Shown in pieces: positions 1 through 10,098 of a DNA stretch of 64,000 nucleotides (positions within the stretch are counted from its first letter, which is position 1; the number at the start of each line of letters is the position of its first letter). The notes below the pieces were generated by a model. That model ran no database searches, was not told the origin of the DNA, and worked only from the letters and a program-made list of their open reading frames with translations. This DNA comes from Caldimonas sp. Lineage in GTDB: Bacteria; Pseudomonadota; Gammaproteobacteria; Burkholderiales; Burkholderiaceae_C. Where the stretch lies: contig JBDTPG010000001.1 of the NCBI GenBank assembly GCA_039932815.1, positions 8,956 through 72,955 of the forward strand, written 5' to 3'. Position numbers and translations under genes: made by a program.

Positions 1-2
1 CC

Positions 3-770
3 GGCGTCGCGGATGTAGTCGTTGACGTCGGCCGAGTCGACGCCCCGGACGGCACCCTCCTCGTCGACGTACTGGAACAACTCCTGCCCCGGCATCGCCG
101 GGCAGCGCCGCACGACGGCGGCGACGCGCGGGTCGTCGATCGCGACCTCATGCTCCTTGCCGCTTTTGCCGCGAAAGCGCAGGCGCAATCGATCCCCCGA
201 CACGGCGGCATGCCGGTTGCGCAGCGTCGTCAGCCCGAACGACTTGTTTTCGCGCGCGTATTCCTCATTGCCGATGCGGACGTAGGTGGTGTCGAGCAGG
301 CGGACGATCGTCGCCAGAACGGTCTCGCGCTGCGGCCGGCTGCCGACGGGCGCGGCCAGGTCGGCGGCGACGCGCTTGCGGATTCGCGGCAGCGCGGCGC
401 CGAACTCGAGCATGCGCTCGAACTTGTCGGCGTCCTTGGCGAGGCGCCAGCCCGGGTGGTAGCGGTACTGCTTGCGGCCGCGCGCATCGCGCCCGGTCGC
501 CTGCAGGTGGCCGTTGGTGCGTGTGCAGATCCAGACGTCTTCGTAGGCGGGCGGGATCGCCAGGGCGCGGATGCGTCGCAACCCGGCCGACTTGCGCAGC
601 CGCTTGCCGTCGGGCCCGACGTAGGCGAAGTCGGCGCCGACGCGGAGGCGGCGGATGCCCGGCGCCCGATCGCTCACCCAAAGCAAGCCCGGCGGCACTT
701 CGGCCGCCGTATCGGGCGGGGCTGCCGTGCGCGCGGCGCGCGGTCGAGCCGCGCTGGCCGCGCCGGTCAT
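3..770 (-). CDS. DNA topoisomerase IB (bacterial, poxvirus-like), 5' part; runs off the window edge
   Basis: Not in the ORF track. Manual translation from ATG 770 gives [13 protein letters not shown]...[12 protein letters not shown]...[22 protein letters not shown]...[30 protein letters not shown]...[10 protein letters not shown]...PGQELFQY, the typical bacterial TopIB motifs. Confidence 0.93.
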   Translation of the reverse strand, partial: MTGAASAARPRAARTAAPPDTAAEVPPGLLWVSDRAPGIRRLRVGADFAYVGPDGKRLRKSAGLRRIRALAIPPAYEDVWICTRTNGHLQATGRDARGRKQYRYHPGWRLAKDADKFERMLEFGAALPRIRKRVAADLAAPVGSRPQRETVLATIVRLLDTTYVRIGNEEYARENKSFGLTTLRNRHAAVSGDRLRLRFRGKSGKEHEVAIDDPRVAAVVRRCPAMPGQELFQYVDEEGAVRGVDSADVNDYIRDA

Positions 771-940
771 CGACCGGCGACTGCCGGTGGCGAATTCCGC
801 GGCGGCTCGCGCACCGGCGCGGGAATTCCGGGGCCGGGCGGGTCGTCGATCGCCGGCGGGACGCCCTGCGGGTTCTGCGGCGTCGGCGGCAACGGCGTCG
901 GCGGCACCGGCTCGGGGAGATGGGAATCGGGGATCGACAT
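767..940 (-). CDS. small proline-rich hypothetical protein (57 aa)
   Basis: [47 protein letters not shown]...; stop overlaps the topoisomerase start (ATGA); GAAGG upstream; -24/-12 site just upstream. Confidence 0.6.
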   Translation of the reverse strand: MSIPDSHLPEPVPPTPLPPTPQNPQGVPPAIDDPPGPGIPAPVREPPRNSPPAVAGR

Positions 941-961
941 GGCCTTCGGTCGACGACTCCG

Positions 962-977
962 GGCAAGCGCCATGCCG
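962..977 (-). promoter_or_regulatory. sigma-54 -24/-12 promoter for the small ORF-topIB operon (pseudo-palindromic, could also face recQ)
   Basis: Minus strand CGGCATGGCGCTTGCC = GG-N10-GC with TTGC. Confidence 0.6.
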
Positions 978-1057
978 CGCATCGCGAGACGACCACAGCG
1001 GGCCCGCGCCGCGCCCGATCCCTTTCGTCAATCGCATCGGCTTCGTGGCGCACGCGC

Positions 1058-1790
1058 TTGTCGCGACTGCTGCACGGAACCTTCGGCCTCAAACACCTGC
1101 GCGAAGGCCAGGCCGCCGCCATCGATCTCGTCATGGCCGGCGCGCCGACGCTTGCGGTGATGCCGACCGGCGCCGGCAAGTCGCTCTGCTACCAGCTCCC
1201 CGCCTTGCTCCTCCCCGGCGCCACGCTGGTCGTCTCGCCGCTCATCGCCTTGATGAAGGACCAGTGCGACAAGCTGCGCGAACTCGGCGTCGCCGCCGTG
1301 CAGTCGCCTCGCCCTGACGCGATCGGGGCTCGACGCCGACGCGCTCGACAAGCTGCTGGTCTCCTACCGGCTCAAGCGCGAGAGTGACCGGGCAATGCTC
1401 GAGCGCATGGTCTTCTACGGCCAGACCGGGCGCTGCCGGTGGAAGGTGCTGCTCGACAACTTCTGCGAGGCCGACGGCTTCGAGTCTTGCGGCACGTGCG
1501 ACAACTGTGTCCGCATCGCTTCGACCTTCGTCGCCGCAGAGCGCGAGGCCCACGCCACGCCCGCCGCCGAAGCGGTCGCCGACGCGGCCGCGCCGGTTCT
1601 CGAGCGCGGCGAGAGCGTCAGCGTGCCGCGCTACGGGCACGGGTTCGTCGACTCGGTCGATGCCGAAGGCGTCGCCGTGGTCTTCGCCGAGGGTTCGCGG
1701 CGGATCTTCCTGCCGACGTTCGTTCGCCGCGAGTCGACGCCGCGGAGGCGGCCATCGAGAGCAGCAAAAGTTACCGCAAGCGCTGCCTGA
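1058..1790 (+). pseudogene. recQ: RecQ-family helicase with a large internal deletion and frame change at about 1303 (or assembly artefact)
   Basis: N-terminal [10 protein letters not shown]...[15 protein letters not shown]...[12 protein letters not shown] joins directly, in another frame, the C-terminal Zn-binding region MVFYGQTGRCRWKVLLDNF...CGTCDNC; DEAH and motifs III-VI absent; start uncertain (TTG 1058). Confidence 0.8.
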
Positions 1791-1863
1791 GATCGCCTGT
1801 TTTCAGCCCTCTCCAGGCTGCTCGAACTCGCTCCTGTCGAGGGGAAACCGGCTGGAATCGCGG

Positions 1864-1879
1864 TGGCACGGGTGTTGCT
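1864..1879 (+). promoter_or_regulatory. sigma-54 -24/-12 promoter upstream of rpoN
   Basis: TGGCACGGGTGTTGCT, an exact match to TGGCACG-N4-TTGC(A/T), 73 bp before the rpoN ATG. Confidence 0.85.
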
Positions 1880-1952
1880 CCCGGAGCCTGTCGGCAACCT
1901 CGGCGCGCCCTCGCTGCGCGGCTGATTTCCGGCTCTCGAACCGTAGCGAACG

Positions 1953-3410
1953 ATGAACTTTCCGACCCTGCAAACGCGCCAGCGACAACAGCACACCGTC
2001 ACGCCGAGGCTTCAGCACGCGGTGCGGCTGCTTCAGCTTTCATCGCTCGATTTCGCCCAGGAAGTCCAGGATGCGATGGGGCGCAATCCCTTCCTCGAGG
2101 TCGAGGATTCGCCGCACGATGCCGGCCGCGTCGAAGTCGGCCCGGTCAACGGCGACGGCGAGCCGCGCGGCATCGATCTCGAAGCGATGGCACCGATCAT
2201 CGACTCGCCGTACGAGCGCGACAACTGGCAGCAGTCTTCTTCCAGCGTGCGCCAGCAGAGCGGCGAGAGCGACATCGGCGCGCTCGACATGATCGCCGCC
2301 CACGTCGGCCTGCGCCAGCACCTGCACGGCCAGATCAACGTGCTGCCGCTCTCGCAGCGCGACCACGCGCTCGCCTGCGCGATCGTCGAATCGCTCGACG
2401 ACGACGGCTATCTCCGGGTCGAGCTCGCCGAGCTCGCCGAGATCAGTGGCATGTCGCCGGCGGTCGAGGAGATCGAGATGCAGATCGCGCTGAGGCGCGT
2501 CCAGTCACTCGATCCGCCCGGCGTCGGCGCGCGCAGCGTCGCCGAGTGCCTGCTGCTGCAGCTGCCGGCGATCGAGGACGACGACGAGCGCGAGACCGCG
2601 CGCGCCATCGTCACCGACCATCTCGATCGCCTGGCGCAGCACGACGTCAACGGCCTGGCCCGCCTCCTGAAGCGCACGCCGGCGGCGATCGAGGCCGCTT
2701 GCGAGCGGATCCGCCATCTGAGCCCGCGCCCGGGCTGGAACGTCGAGCCGACGGCCACCCAGTTCATCACCCCGGACGTCATCGTGCGCAAGGTGCGCGG
2801 CCGCTGGACGGCGACGCTCAACCGCGCCGTGGTGCCGCGCGTCAAGCTCAACCAGACTTACGCGTCGATGTTCCAGGAGCATCGCGACAGCCAGCACGGC
2901 GAGCTCGCCCAGCATCTGCAGGAAGCGCGCTGGACGGTGAAGAACGTGCAGCAGCGCTTCTCGACGATCCTGATGGTCGCCGAGTCGATCCTGAAGCGCC
3001 AGCAGCACTTCCTCGAGTTCGGGCCGATGGCGATGAAGCCGCTCGGCCTGCGCGAGATCGCCACCGAGCTCGGCCTGCACGAATCGACCGTCTCGCGAGT
3101 CACCAACAACAAGTACATGGCGACGCCGGTCGGCGTCTTCGAGCTGAAGTATTTCTTCTCGCGCGAGATGGCGACCGCGAGCGGCGCCACCTGCTCGGCG
3201 ACCGCCATCCGGGGCGTGATCAAGGGCATGATCGACGCCGAGAACCCTTCCGACCCGCTGTCGGACGCCCAGATCGCCCGGCTGCTCGTGCGCCAGGGCC
3301 TGAAGGTCGCGCGTCGCACCGTCACCAAGTACCGGCAGCTCCTCAAGGTGGCCTCGGTGGAACGCCGGCGCCGTCTCGGCCGGCCCGCCACGGCGGACGC
3401 GCTTGCCTGA
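1953..3410 (+). CDS. rpoN: RNA polymerase sigma-54 factor (probably a paralog, RpoN2-type)
   Basis: Gln/Leu-rich region I (TPRLQHAVRLLQLS), HTH LGLHESTVSR, RpoN box VARRTVTKYR; not in the usual lptB-rpoN-hpf context. Confidence 0.96.
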   Translation: MNFPTLQTRQRQQHTVTPRLQHAVRLLQLSSLDFAQEVQDAMGRNPFLEVEDSPHDAGRVEVGPVNGDGEPRGIDLEAMAPIIDSPYERDNWQQSSSSVRQQSGESDIGALDMIAAHVGLRQHLHGQINVLPLSQRDHALACAIVESLDDDGYLRVELAELAEISGMSPAVEEIEMQIALRRVQSLDPPGVGARSVAECLLLQLPAIEDDDERETARAIVTDHLDRLAQHDVNGLARLLKRTPAAIEAACERIRHLSPRPGWNVEPTATQFITPDVIVRKVRGRWTATLNRAVVPRVKLNQTYASMFQEHRDSQHGELAQHLQEARWTVKNVQQRFSTILMVAESILKRQQHFLEFGPMAMKPLGLREIATELGLHESTVSRVTNNKYMATPVGVFELKYFFSREMATASGATCSATAIRGVIKGMIDAENPSDPLSDAQIARLLVRQGLKVARRTVTKYRQLLKVASVERRRRLGRPATADALA

Positions 3411-3440
3411 CCGCGCTCCCTCCGGCAACCCCACGGTTCG

Positions 3441-3456
3441 CGGCATGCCGATTGCC
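3441..3456 (+). promoter_or_regulatory. sigma-54 -24/-12 promoter upstream of the hybrid kinase
   Basis: CGGCATGCCGATTGCC = GG-N10-GC, between the rpoN stop and kinase GTG 3511. Confidence 0.55.
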
Positions 3457-3510
3457 GCGTCGGCGGGCACGATTGCGCGGTCGCGACGCAATGGGGAGCC
3501 AGGGCTGACC

Positions 3511-5073
3511 GTGTCAGGTGAAACGCAACGATCCGGCGCCGGGCCGCAGGCCGCGGGCGCCTCCGCGAGCACGGATTCCGCCCGCCTCATCGAGGCCGCG
3601 CCCGTTCTCATCTGGAGCGCCGGCCTAGACCGCAACAACGACTGGTTCAGCCCGTCCTGGAGCGCCTACACGGGGCGCGCCATCGACGACCTCCAGGGCG
3701 ACGGCTGGACGCGCGCAGTGCACCCGGAGGACCTCGATCGCTGTCTGGGCATTCGCGCCACCAGCTTCGAGGCACGCGCTCCGTTTTCGATGGACTTCCG
3801 CCTGCGCCGCCACGATGGCCAGTATCGCTGGATGCTCGACAACGGCGTGCCGCGTTTCGGCAGCGACGGTGCCGCGGTCGGCTACGTGGGCAGCTGTGTC
3901 GACATCCACGAGCGGAAGGAACTGGAGGAATCGCTCGCCGAACGCACCCAGCAGCTGCGCCTGGCCGAGCGCCGCCAGGGGCAGTTCCTGGCCATGCTCT
4001 CGCACGAGCTGCGCAATCCGCTCGCGCCGATCGCCAACGCGGCGAGCGTGCTGCGCACATTGGAGAGCACGAACCCGATCCTGGTCCGCTTGCGCGAGAT
4101 CCTGGAACGCCAGGTCGCGCGCCTCGGCCACCTGATCGAGGAGCTGATCGACGTCACCCGGGCGGCGCAGGGCCAGATCTCGCTCGTGCGCGAGCAGGTC
4201 TCGATCGAGAGCGTCGTCCAGGCGGCGGTCGCGGCGAGCCACGACAAGCTCACCGGCGCCGGCCACAAGCTCGACGTCGACGTCCCCGACGAGCGCCTGT
4301 TCGTCCGCGGCGACCGCGGCCGACTGGCGCAGGCGCTCTCGCACCTGATCAAGAACGCCGCCAAGTTCACGCTCCAGCCTAACTCGATCTCGATCACCGT
4401 GCGCCGCGCCGCCAAGACCGTGCAGATCTCGGTCAAGGACCATGGCGAGGGCATCGACCCGAAGTTTCTGCCGCACGCTTTCGAGCTGTTCGCCCAGCAG
4501 GACCAGACGCTGGCCCGCTCGCTCGGCGGCCTCGGCGTGGGGCTCACCCTGGCGCGGCGCATCGCCCAGCTGCACGGCGGCGACGTCGAGGGCTTCAGCG
4601 AGGGTCCCGGTCGCGGCAGCGAGTTCGTCTTCTGGCTGCCGCTGATCGCTCACGAGTCCGCCGCCGCCGACGTCGGATCGGGCGTGCCTCGCCTCGGCGA
4701 AAGCTATCGCGTCCTCATCGTCGAGGACAACGCCGACACGCTCGAGAGCCTGCGCCTGCAGATGGAGCTCTGGGGCACCGAGGTCCGCACCGCCAAGAGC
4801 GCCGAGGAAGCGCTCGACGTGGCGGCGAGCTTCGGGCCGCAGTTCGTGCTGTGCGACATCGGCTTGCCTGGCATGGACGGCTTTCGCCTGATCGAGCCCC
4901 TGCGGGAAAAGCTCCAGGGCGCACCGGTCGTGTTCGCCGCCGTCACCGGCTATGCCAGCGCCGAAGATCAGCAGCGTGCGCTGGCGGCGGGATTCGACTC
5001 GTTCTTCGTCAAGCCGCTCAACCCCGGCAGCCTCGTCAACCTGCTGCGTTCGTATCCGGCCCGTCGCGCTTGA
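3511..5073 (+). CDS. PAS-domain hybrid histidine kinase with receiver domain
   Basis: PAS (VHPEDL, DGQYRW), H-box LSHELRNPL, NAAKFT, D-G-G boxes, C-terminal REC (VEDN, LCDIGLPGMDG, KP); start GTG 3511 after GGGGAG (ORF open from 3403). Confidence 0.92.
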   Translation: MSGETQRSGAGPQAAGASASTDSARLIEAAPVLIWSAGLDRNNDWFSPSWSAYTGRAIDDLQGDGWTRAVHPEDLDRCLGIRATSFEARAPFSMDFRLRRHDGQYRWMLDNGVPRFGSDGAAVGYVGSCVDIHERKELEESLAERTQQLRLAERRQGQFLAMLSHELRNPLAPIANAASVLRTLESTNPILVRLREILERQVARLGHLIEELIDVTRAAQGQISLVREQVSIESVVQAAVAASHDKLTGAGHKLDVDVPDERLFVRGDRGRLAQALSHLIKNAAKFTLQPNSISITVRRAAKTVQISVKDHGEGIDPKFLPHAFELFAQQDQTLARSLGGLGVGLTLARRIAQLHGGDVEGFSEGPGRGSEFVFWLPLIAHESAAADVGSGVPRLGESYRVLIVEDNADTLESLRLQMELWGTEVRTAKSAEEALDVAASFGPQFVLCDIGLPGMDGFRLIEPLREKLQGAPVVFAAVTGYASAEDQQRALAAGFDSFFVKPLNPGSLVNLLRSYPARRA

Positions 5074-5091
5074 GCGGCGGTCGGCCTGGCG

Positions 5092-6483
<1,392 letters not shown>

Positions 6484-6743
6484 TCGAAGAAGCTCCCAGA
6501 GAACGGTCAGTATGGCATCGCGAAGCCGCCGTGACGCTCGCTCGGCCCACGAGTGCAAAGCGCTCGTGCCCGACTGGCTTGCGTCTTGGATCGATCCATT
6601 CGGCGCGGCGTCGACCCGGTTCGTTGCTCGGTCCTGGCCGCGACTCCCAATGCCGCCATCCTAGAGAACGCGCAGGCCCCGTTTCCAGCCCGCACCACCT
6701 ATTCAGTTGTGGGACTTGGCCTACGCGACGGGCTTTCTTGCCT

Positions 6744-7967
6744 CTATCGCGCCGGATCGGGATGCCAGCCCAGCACGAACAGCAGGACGAAGTAGCCCAG
6801 CACGTAGCCGATGGCGACGTGCCAGCCGGCGCCGACCCAGGCCTTGACCGAACGCGCCTGCGGAAACTGGCTCGCGAGGGCAACACCGGCCGATGACCCG
6901 AACCAGATCATCGAGCCGCCGAAGCCGACCGCGTAGGCGAGGAAGCCCCAGTCGTAGCCGCCCTGGCGCAGGGCGAGCGCGGTAAGTGGAATGTTGTCGA
7001 ACACGGCCGAGACAAAGCCGAGGCCCAGGGCGACGTGCCACGATGCCGCCGGCAGGGCCTCGATCGGCATCATCGACGCCGACAGCACCAGGCTGACGAG
7101 GAAGACGCCGCCTTTCGTCGCCGACGGCAGGACGCTCCAGTCGGGACGCACCGAAGGGGCGAAGAGGAGCAGCATTGCCCAGACCGCCAGGCCGATCGCC
7201 GGCAGCTGGCCGAGCCAGGCCGCCTGCTTGAACTGGCCGAGCACGTTGGCGGAGATCGCGGCCGCGAGGACCGCGGCAACCACGCCGAGGCGGCCCCAAT
7301 CCACGGTGATCCCGGCCGGCGCGTCCTTCACGATCGGCTGGAACGCGTGCTGCTGGCGGGCCGCGACGACGCCGAAGAAGAGCAGCGCCGGCACTGCGGC
7401 GATGTAGGCCTCTATCACCTGCGACGGGTGCACGCCGTCGATCCACATCATCGTCGTCGTCGTGTCGCCGACGACGCTGCCCGAGCCGCCGGCGTTCGAC
7501 GCGGCGACGATGGCGGCGAGAAAGCCGACGTGGACCTTGCCGCGATAGAGCGCGGTCGCCATCGTGCCGCCGATCATCGCCGCGGCGATGTTGTCGAGAA
7601 AGCTCGACAGCACGAAGACGACCACGAGCATGGCGAAGCCGCCCTTCCAGTCGTCGGGCAGAAAGCTCGGCAGCAGCAGCGGCACCCGGCTCTCCTCGAA
7701 GTGGCGCGCGAGCAGGGCGAAGCCGATGATGAGGAGGAGCAGGTTGATCACGAGCACCCACTCCTGGCCGAGATGGGCGACCAGGCCGGCGCCCCCGCTC
7801 GTGCCGTGGAACGACGAGAAGACGAGCTTGTAGAGCGTGATGACGACGAGGCCGATCAGGGCGACCCGCAACGAGTGGTGGTGCAGCAGCGCGACCCCGG
7901 CGAGCACGGCGGCAAACAGGATGAACTCGATCGGGACGCCGGCGATGGCGGGAATGGCGGTGTGCAT
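6744..7967 (-). CDS. NhaD/ArsB/citrate-transporter (IT superfamily) permease
   Basis: Polytopic membrane protein with LSSFLDNIAA, SNAGGSGSVVGDTTT, SAVFDNIPL, GGSMIWFGSSAGVA. Confidence 0.85.
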   Translation of the reverse strand: MHTAIPAIAGVPIEFILFAAVLAGVALLHHHSLRVALIGLVVITLYKLVFSSFHGTSGGAGLVAHLGQEWVLVINLLLLIIGFALLARHFEESRVPLLLPSFLPDDWKGGFAMLVVVFVLSSFLDNIAAAMIGGTMATALYRGKVHVGFLAAIVAASNAGGSGSVVGDTTTTMMWIDGVHPSQVIEAYIAAVPALLFFGVVAARQQHAFQPIVKDAPAGITVDWGRLGVVAAVLAAAISANVLGQFKQAAWLGQLPAIGLAVWAMLLLFAPSVRPDWSVLPSATKGGVFLVSLVLSASMMPIEALPAASWHVALGLGFVSAVFDNIPLTALALRQGGYDWGFLAYAVGFGGSMIWFGSSAGVALASQFPQARSVKAWVGAGWHVAIGYVLGYFVLLFVLGWHPDPAR

Positions 7968-8084
7968 GCGGGCGTCGGGCAGCGTGGACGGACGCGCGAT
8001 TGGACTTCAACCGCGCCGAACGCGAATCAGGGAAGCCGAGGGGTTGTCGGCCGCGAAGCGATCGCAGCGAGCGGCCGCGCGCGT

Positions 8085-8531
8085 TCAGGGCCCTCGACGC
8101 AAGCGCTCGACAACCTCCGCCAGCGAGAGCGATTCGGTCAGGACGCGCGCCATGTTGCGGGCGCACAGCACGGGCACTTCGTCGAAGCGTGCCCATCGGA
8201 ACGCGTCCATCTCCGGTCGCAGCCGGCCCCATCGATCGGTGAAGAAGCTCGTGCACACGCATTGCGCCGGATCGACGCGGTCGATCAGCGCGGCGTGCAG
8301 CCAGAGGTCCTTGTCGGGCCGGTAGGCGAACCGGCCCAGGTCGTGCAACGCGAGCGGATCGAGCTCGAGCCCGCATTCCTCGCGCGCTTCGCGACACGCG
8401 GCCTGCGCGCTCGATTCGCCCGCCGCCGCCATCCCTTTCGGGATGTCCCAGTGCCGGCCGCCGGTGGCGTGGCACAGGAGCAGCTCGGCATCGGCGGCGA
8501 TCAGGAGCGTGCCATGGCCGATCGGCTTCAA
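8085..8531 (-). CDS. NUDIX hydrolase
   Basis: Nudix box PKGMAAAGESSAQAACREAREECGL; start uncertain. Confidence 0.88.
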   Translation of the reverse strand: MKPIGHGTLLIAADAELLLCHATGGRHWDIPKGMAAAGESSAQAACREAREECGLELDPLALHDLGRFAYRPDKDLWLHAALIDRVDPAQCVCTSFFTDRWGRLRPEMDAFRWARFDEVPVLCARNMARVLTESLSLAEVVERLRRGP

Positions 8532-8559
8532 GACGTCGCTGTCGACCGCCGCGCGGCGC

Positions 8560-9720
8560 CTAGCTCGACGCGACGCGCGCCCAGAGGAAGGGCTGCAGGC
8601 GATCGGTCGCCAGCGCCGCGCCGAGGCCCGGGTCGGCTGGCACGTCGAGGAAGCCGTACTTGATGCGCTGCTCGGGCGGGTTTGCCAGCAGCTGCACGTA
8701 TCCGGGCCGCTCCGGGAAATACGGGTAGATCTCGAGCGTCATGAAGTTGGCGATGCAGGCGCAGAGCTGCAGCGATGCGGCCGTCGAAAGCGAGCTGCCG
8801 CAGTTGTGCGGCGCGACGCGCATGTTGTACGCCTCGGCCATCGCTGCGATCTTCTTGGCCTCCAGGATGCCGCCCGTGTTGCCGACGTCCGGCTGCACGA
8901 TGTCGACCGCCCGCGCCTCGAAGAGGGGCCGGAATCCGTGGCGCGTGTAGAGGCGTTCGCCCGCGGCAACGGGGATATTCACCTCTGCCGAGATCCTCGC
9001 CAGCGCGGCGACGTCGAACGGATCGGCGGGCTCCTCGATCCAGGTGATGTCGAGCTCCTCGAAGCGGCGGCAGAGCCGGATCGTCTCGGCCGTGGTGAGG
9101 CCGCCGCTCAGGTCGAGCATCAGCTCGACGTCGGCGCCGACCGCGCTGCGCAGCGCCTCGATCTTCGCGAAGGCCAGGTCGGCGAAGTCGCGATCGATCA
9201 TTCGCGCGCTGACGTGGCGCAGCCCGTTCCCGTCGGGCGACGCGAGCGGATAGCACTTCAGCGCGCGGTAGCCGTCGCGCAGCGGCCGCTCGGCCGCCTG
9301 CGCGAGCTCGCTCGGCGTGCGCGCGGCGCCGTACCAGCCGTTGGCGTAGACCCGAACCCGGTCGCGCGTCCTGCCGCCGAGCAGCTCGTGCACCGGCGCG
9401 CCGAGCGCCTTGCCCTTGATGTCCCAGAGCGCCTGCTCGATCGCGCTGATGCCGGCGAAGACGATGGCGCCGCCGCCCTTGGCCCAGAACGAGTGGTCGT
9501 ACATCTCCGACCAGAGCGCCTCGATCCGGGCAGGATCGCGGCCGACGATCATGCGTTCGGCGAGGTCCTTGATCATTCCCGCCGCGGCGGTCCCGCCGAC
9601 CCCGTAGGCGATTGCCGCCTCGCCGATTCCGGCGATGCCCTCGTCGGTGACGAGCTCGACGACGACGGGGTGGAGCTTGCCGGTCGTGACGAGGTAGATG
9701 TTGGCGGTCTCGACTTTCAT
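8560..9720 (-). CDS. mandelate racemase/enolase superfamily enzyme (galactonate-dehydratase-like acid-sugar dehydratase)
   Basis: AISAIEQA-type N-domain (ISAIEQALWDIKGKALG), RVRVYANGW, LMLD, WIEEP, AAGER, QPDVGNTGGI, APHN. Confidence 0.9.
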   Translation of the reverse strand: MKVETANIYLVTTGKLHPVVVELVTDEGIAGIGEAAIAYGVGGTAAAGMIKDLAERMIVGRDPARIEALWSEMYDHSFWAKGGGAIVFAGISAIEQALWDIKGKALGAPVHELLGGRTRDRVRVYANGWYGAARTPSELAQAAERPLRDGYRALKCYPLASPDGNGLRHVSARMIDRDFADLAFAKIEALRSAVGADVELMLDLSGGLTTAETIRLCRRFEELDITWIEEPADPFDVAALARISAEVNIPVAAGERLYTRHGFRPLFEARAVDIVQPDVGNTGGILEAKKIAAMAEAYNMRVAPHNCGSSLSTAASLQLCACIANFMTLEIYPYFPERPGYVQLLANPPEQRIKYGFLDVPADPGLGAALATDRLQPFLWARVASS

Positions 9721-9804
9721 CCGGCGCGCTCGCGAAATTCCCGGCCACTATAGTGGGCCTCCGCCGGCGAACACCTCTCGTCCGGCGCTTGGCGAAAGGC
9801 GAGG

Positions 9805-10098
9805 ATGGCGGGGCTGTTCCAGCGGGCGATCGATCGCGGCGGCGCCGAGGTCGCATTCACGATCGACGGCGAGCCGGTCCGCGCGCAGCAAGGCGATCTG
9901 CTCATCACGGCCATCCTCCTTCACCGTGCCGCGCTGCGCCGCTTCGAGTTCGGAGCCGCTGCCCGCGCCGGCTTCTGCCTGATGGGTGCGTGCCAGGACT
10001 GCTGGGTGCGCCTCGGCGACGGACGCCGCCTGCGCGCGTGCTCGACCCTGGTCGAGCCGGGCATGGCCGTCGTGATCGAAGGGGACGGCCCTGGCTGA
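9805..10098 (+). CDS. 2Fe-2S subunit (HcnA/opine oxidase-like)
   Basis: GFCLMGACQDCWV...RAC; precedes two flavoprotein genes. Confidence 0.88.
   Translation: MAGLFQRAIDRGGAEVAFTIDGEPVRAQQGDLLITAILLHRAALRRFEFGAAARAGFCLMGACQDCWVRLGDGRRLRACSTLVEPGMAVVIEGDGPG

Noticed and set aside
6555-6571. sigma-54 promoter for the activator gene (minus strand GGCACGAGCGCTTTGC)
   Set aside because: GG-to-GC spacing is 12 rather than the required 10
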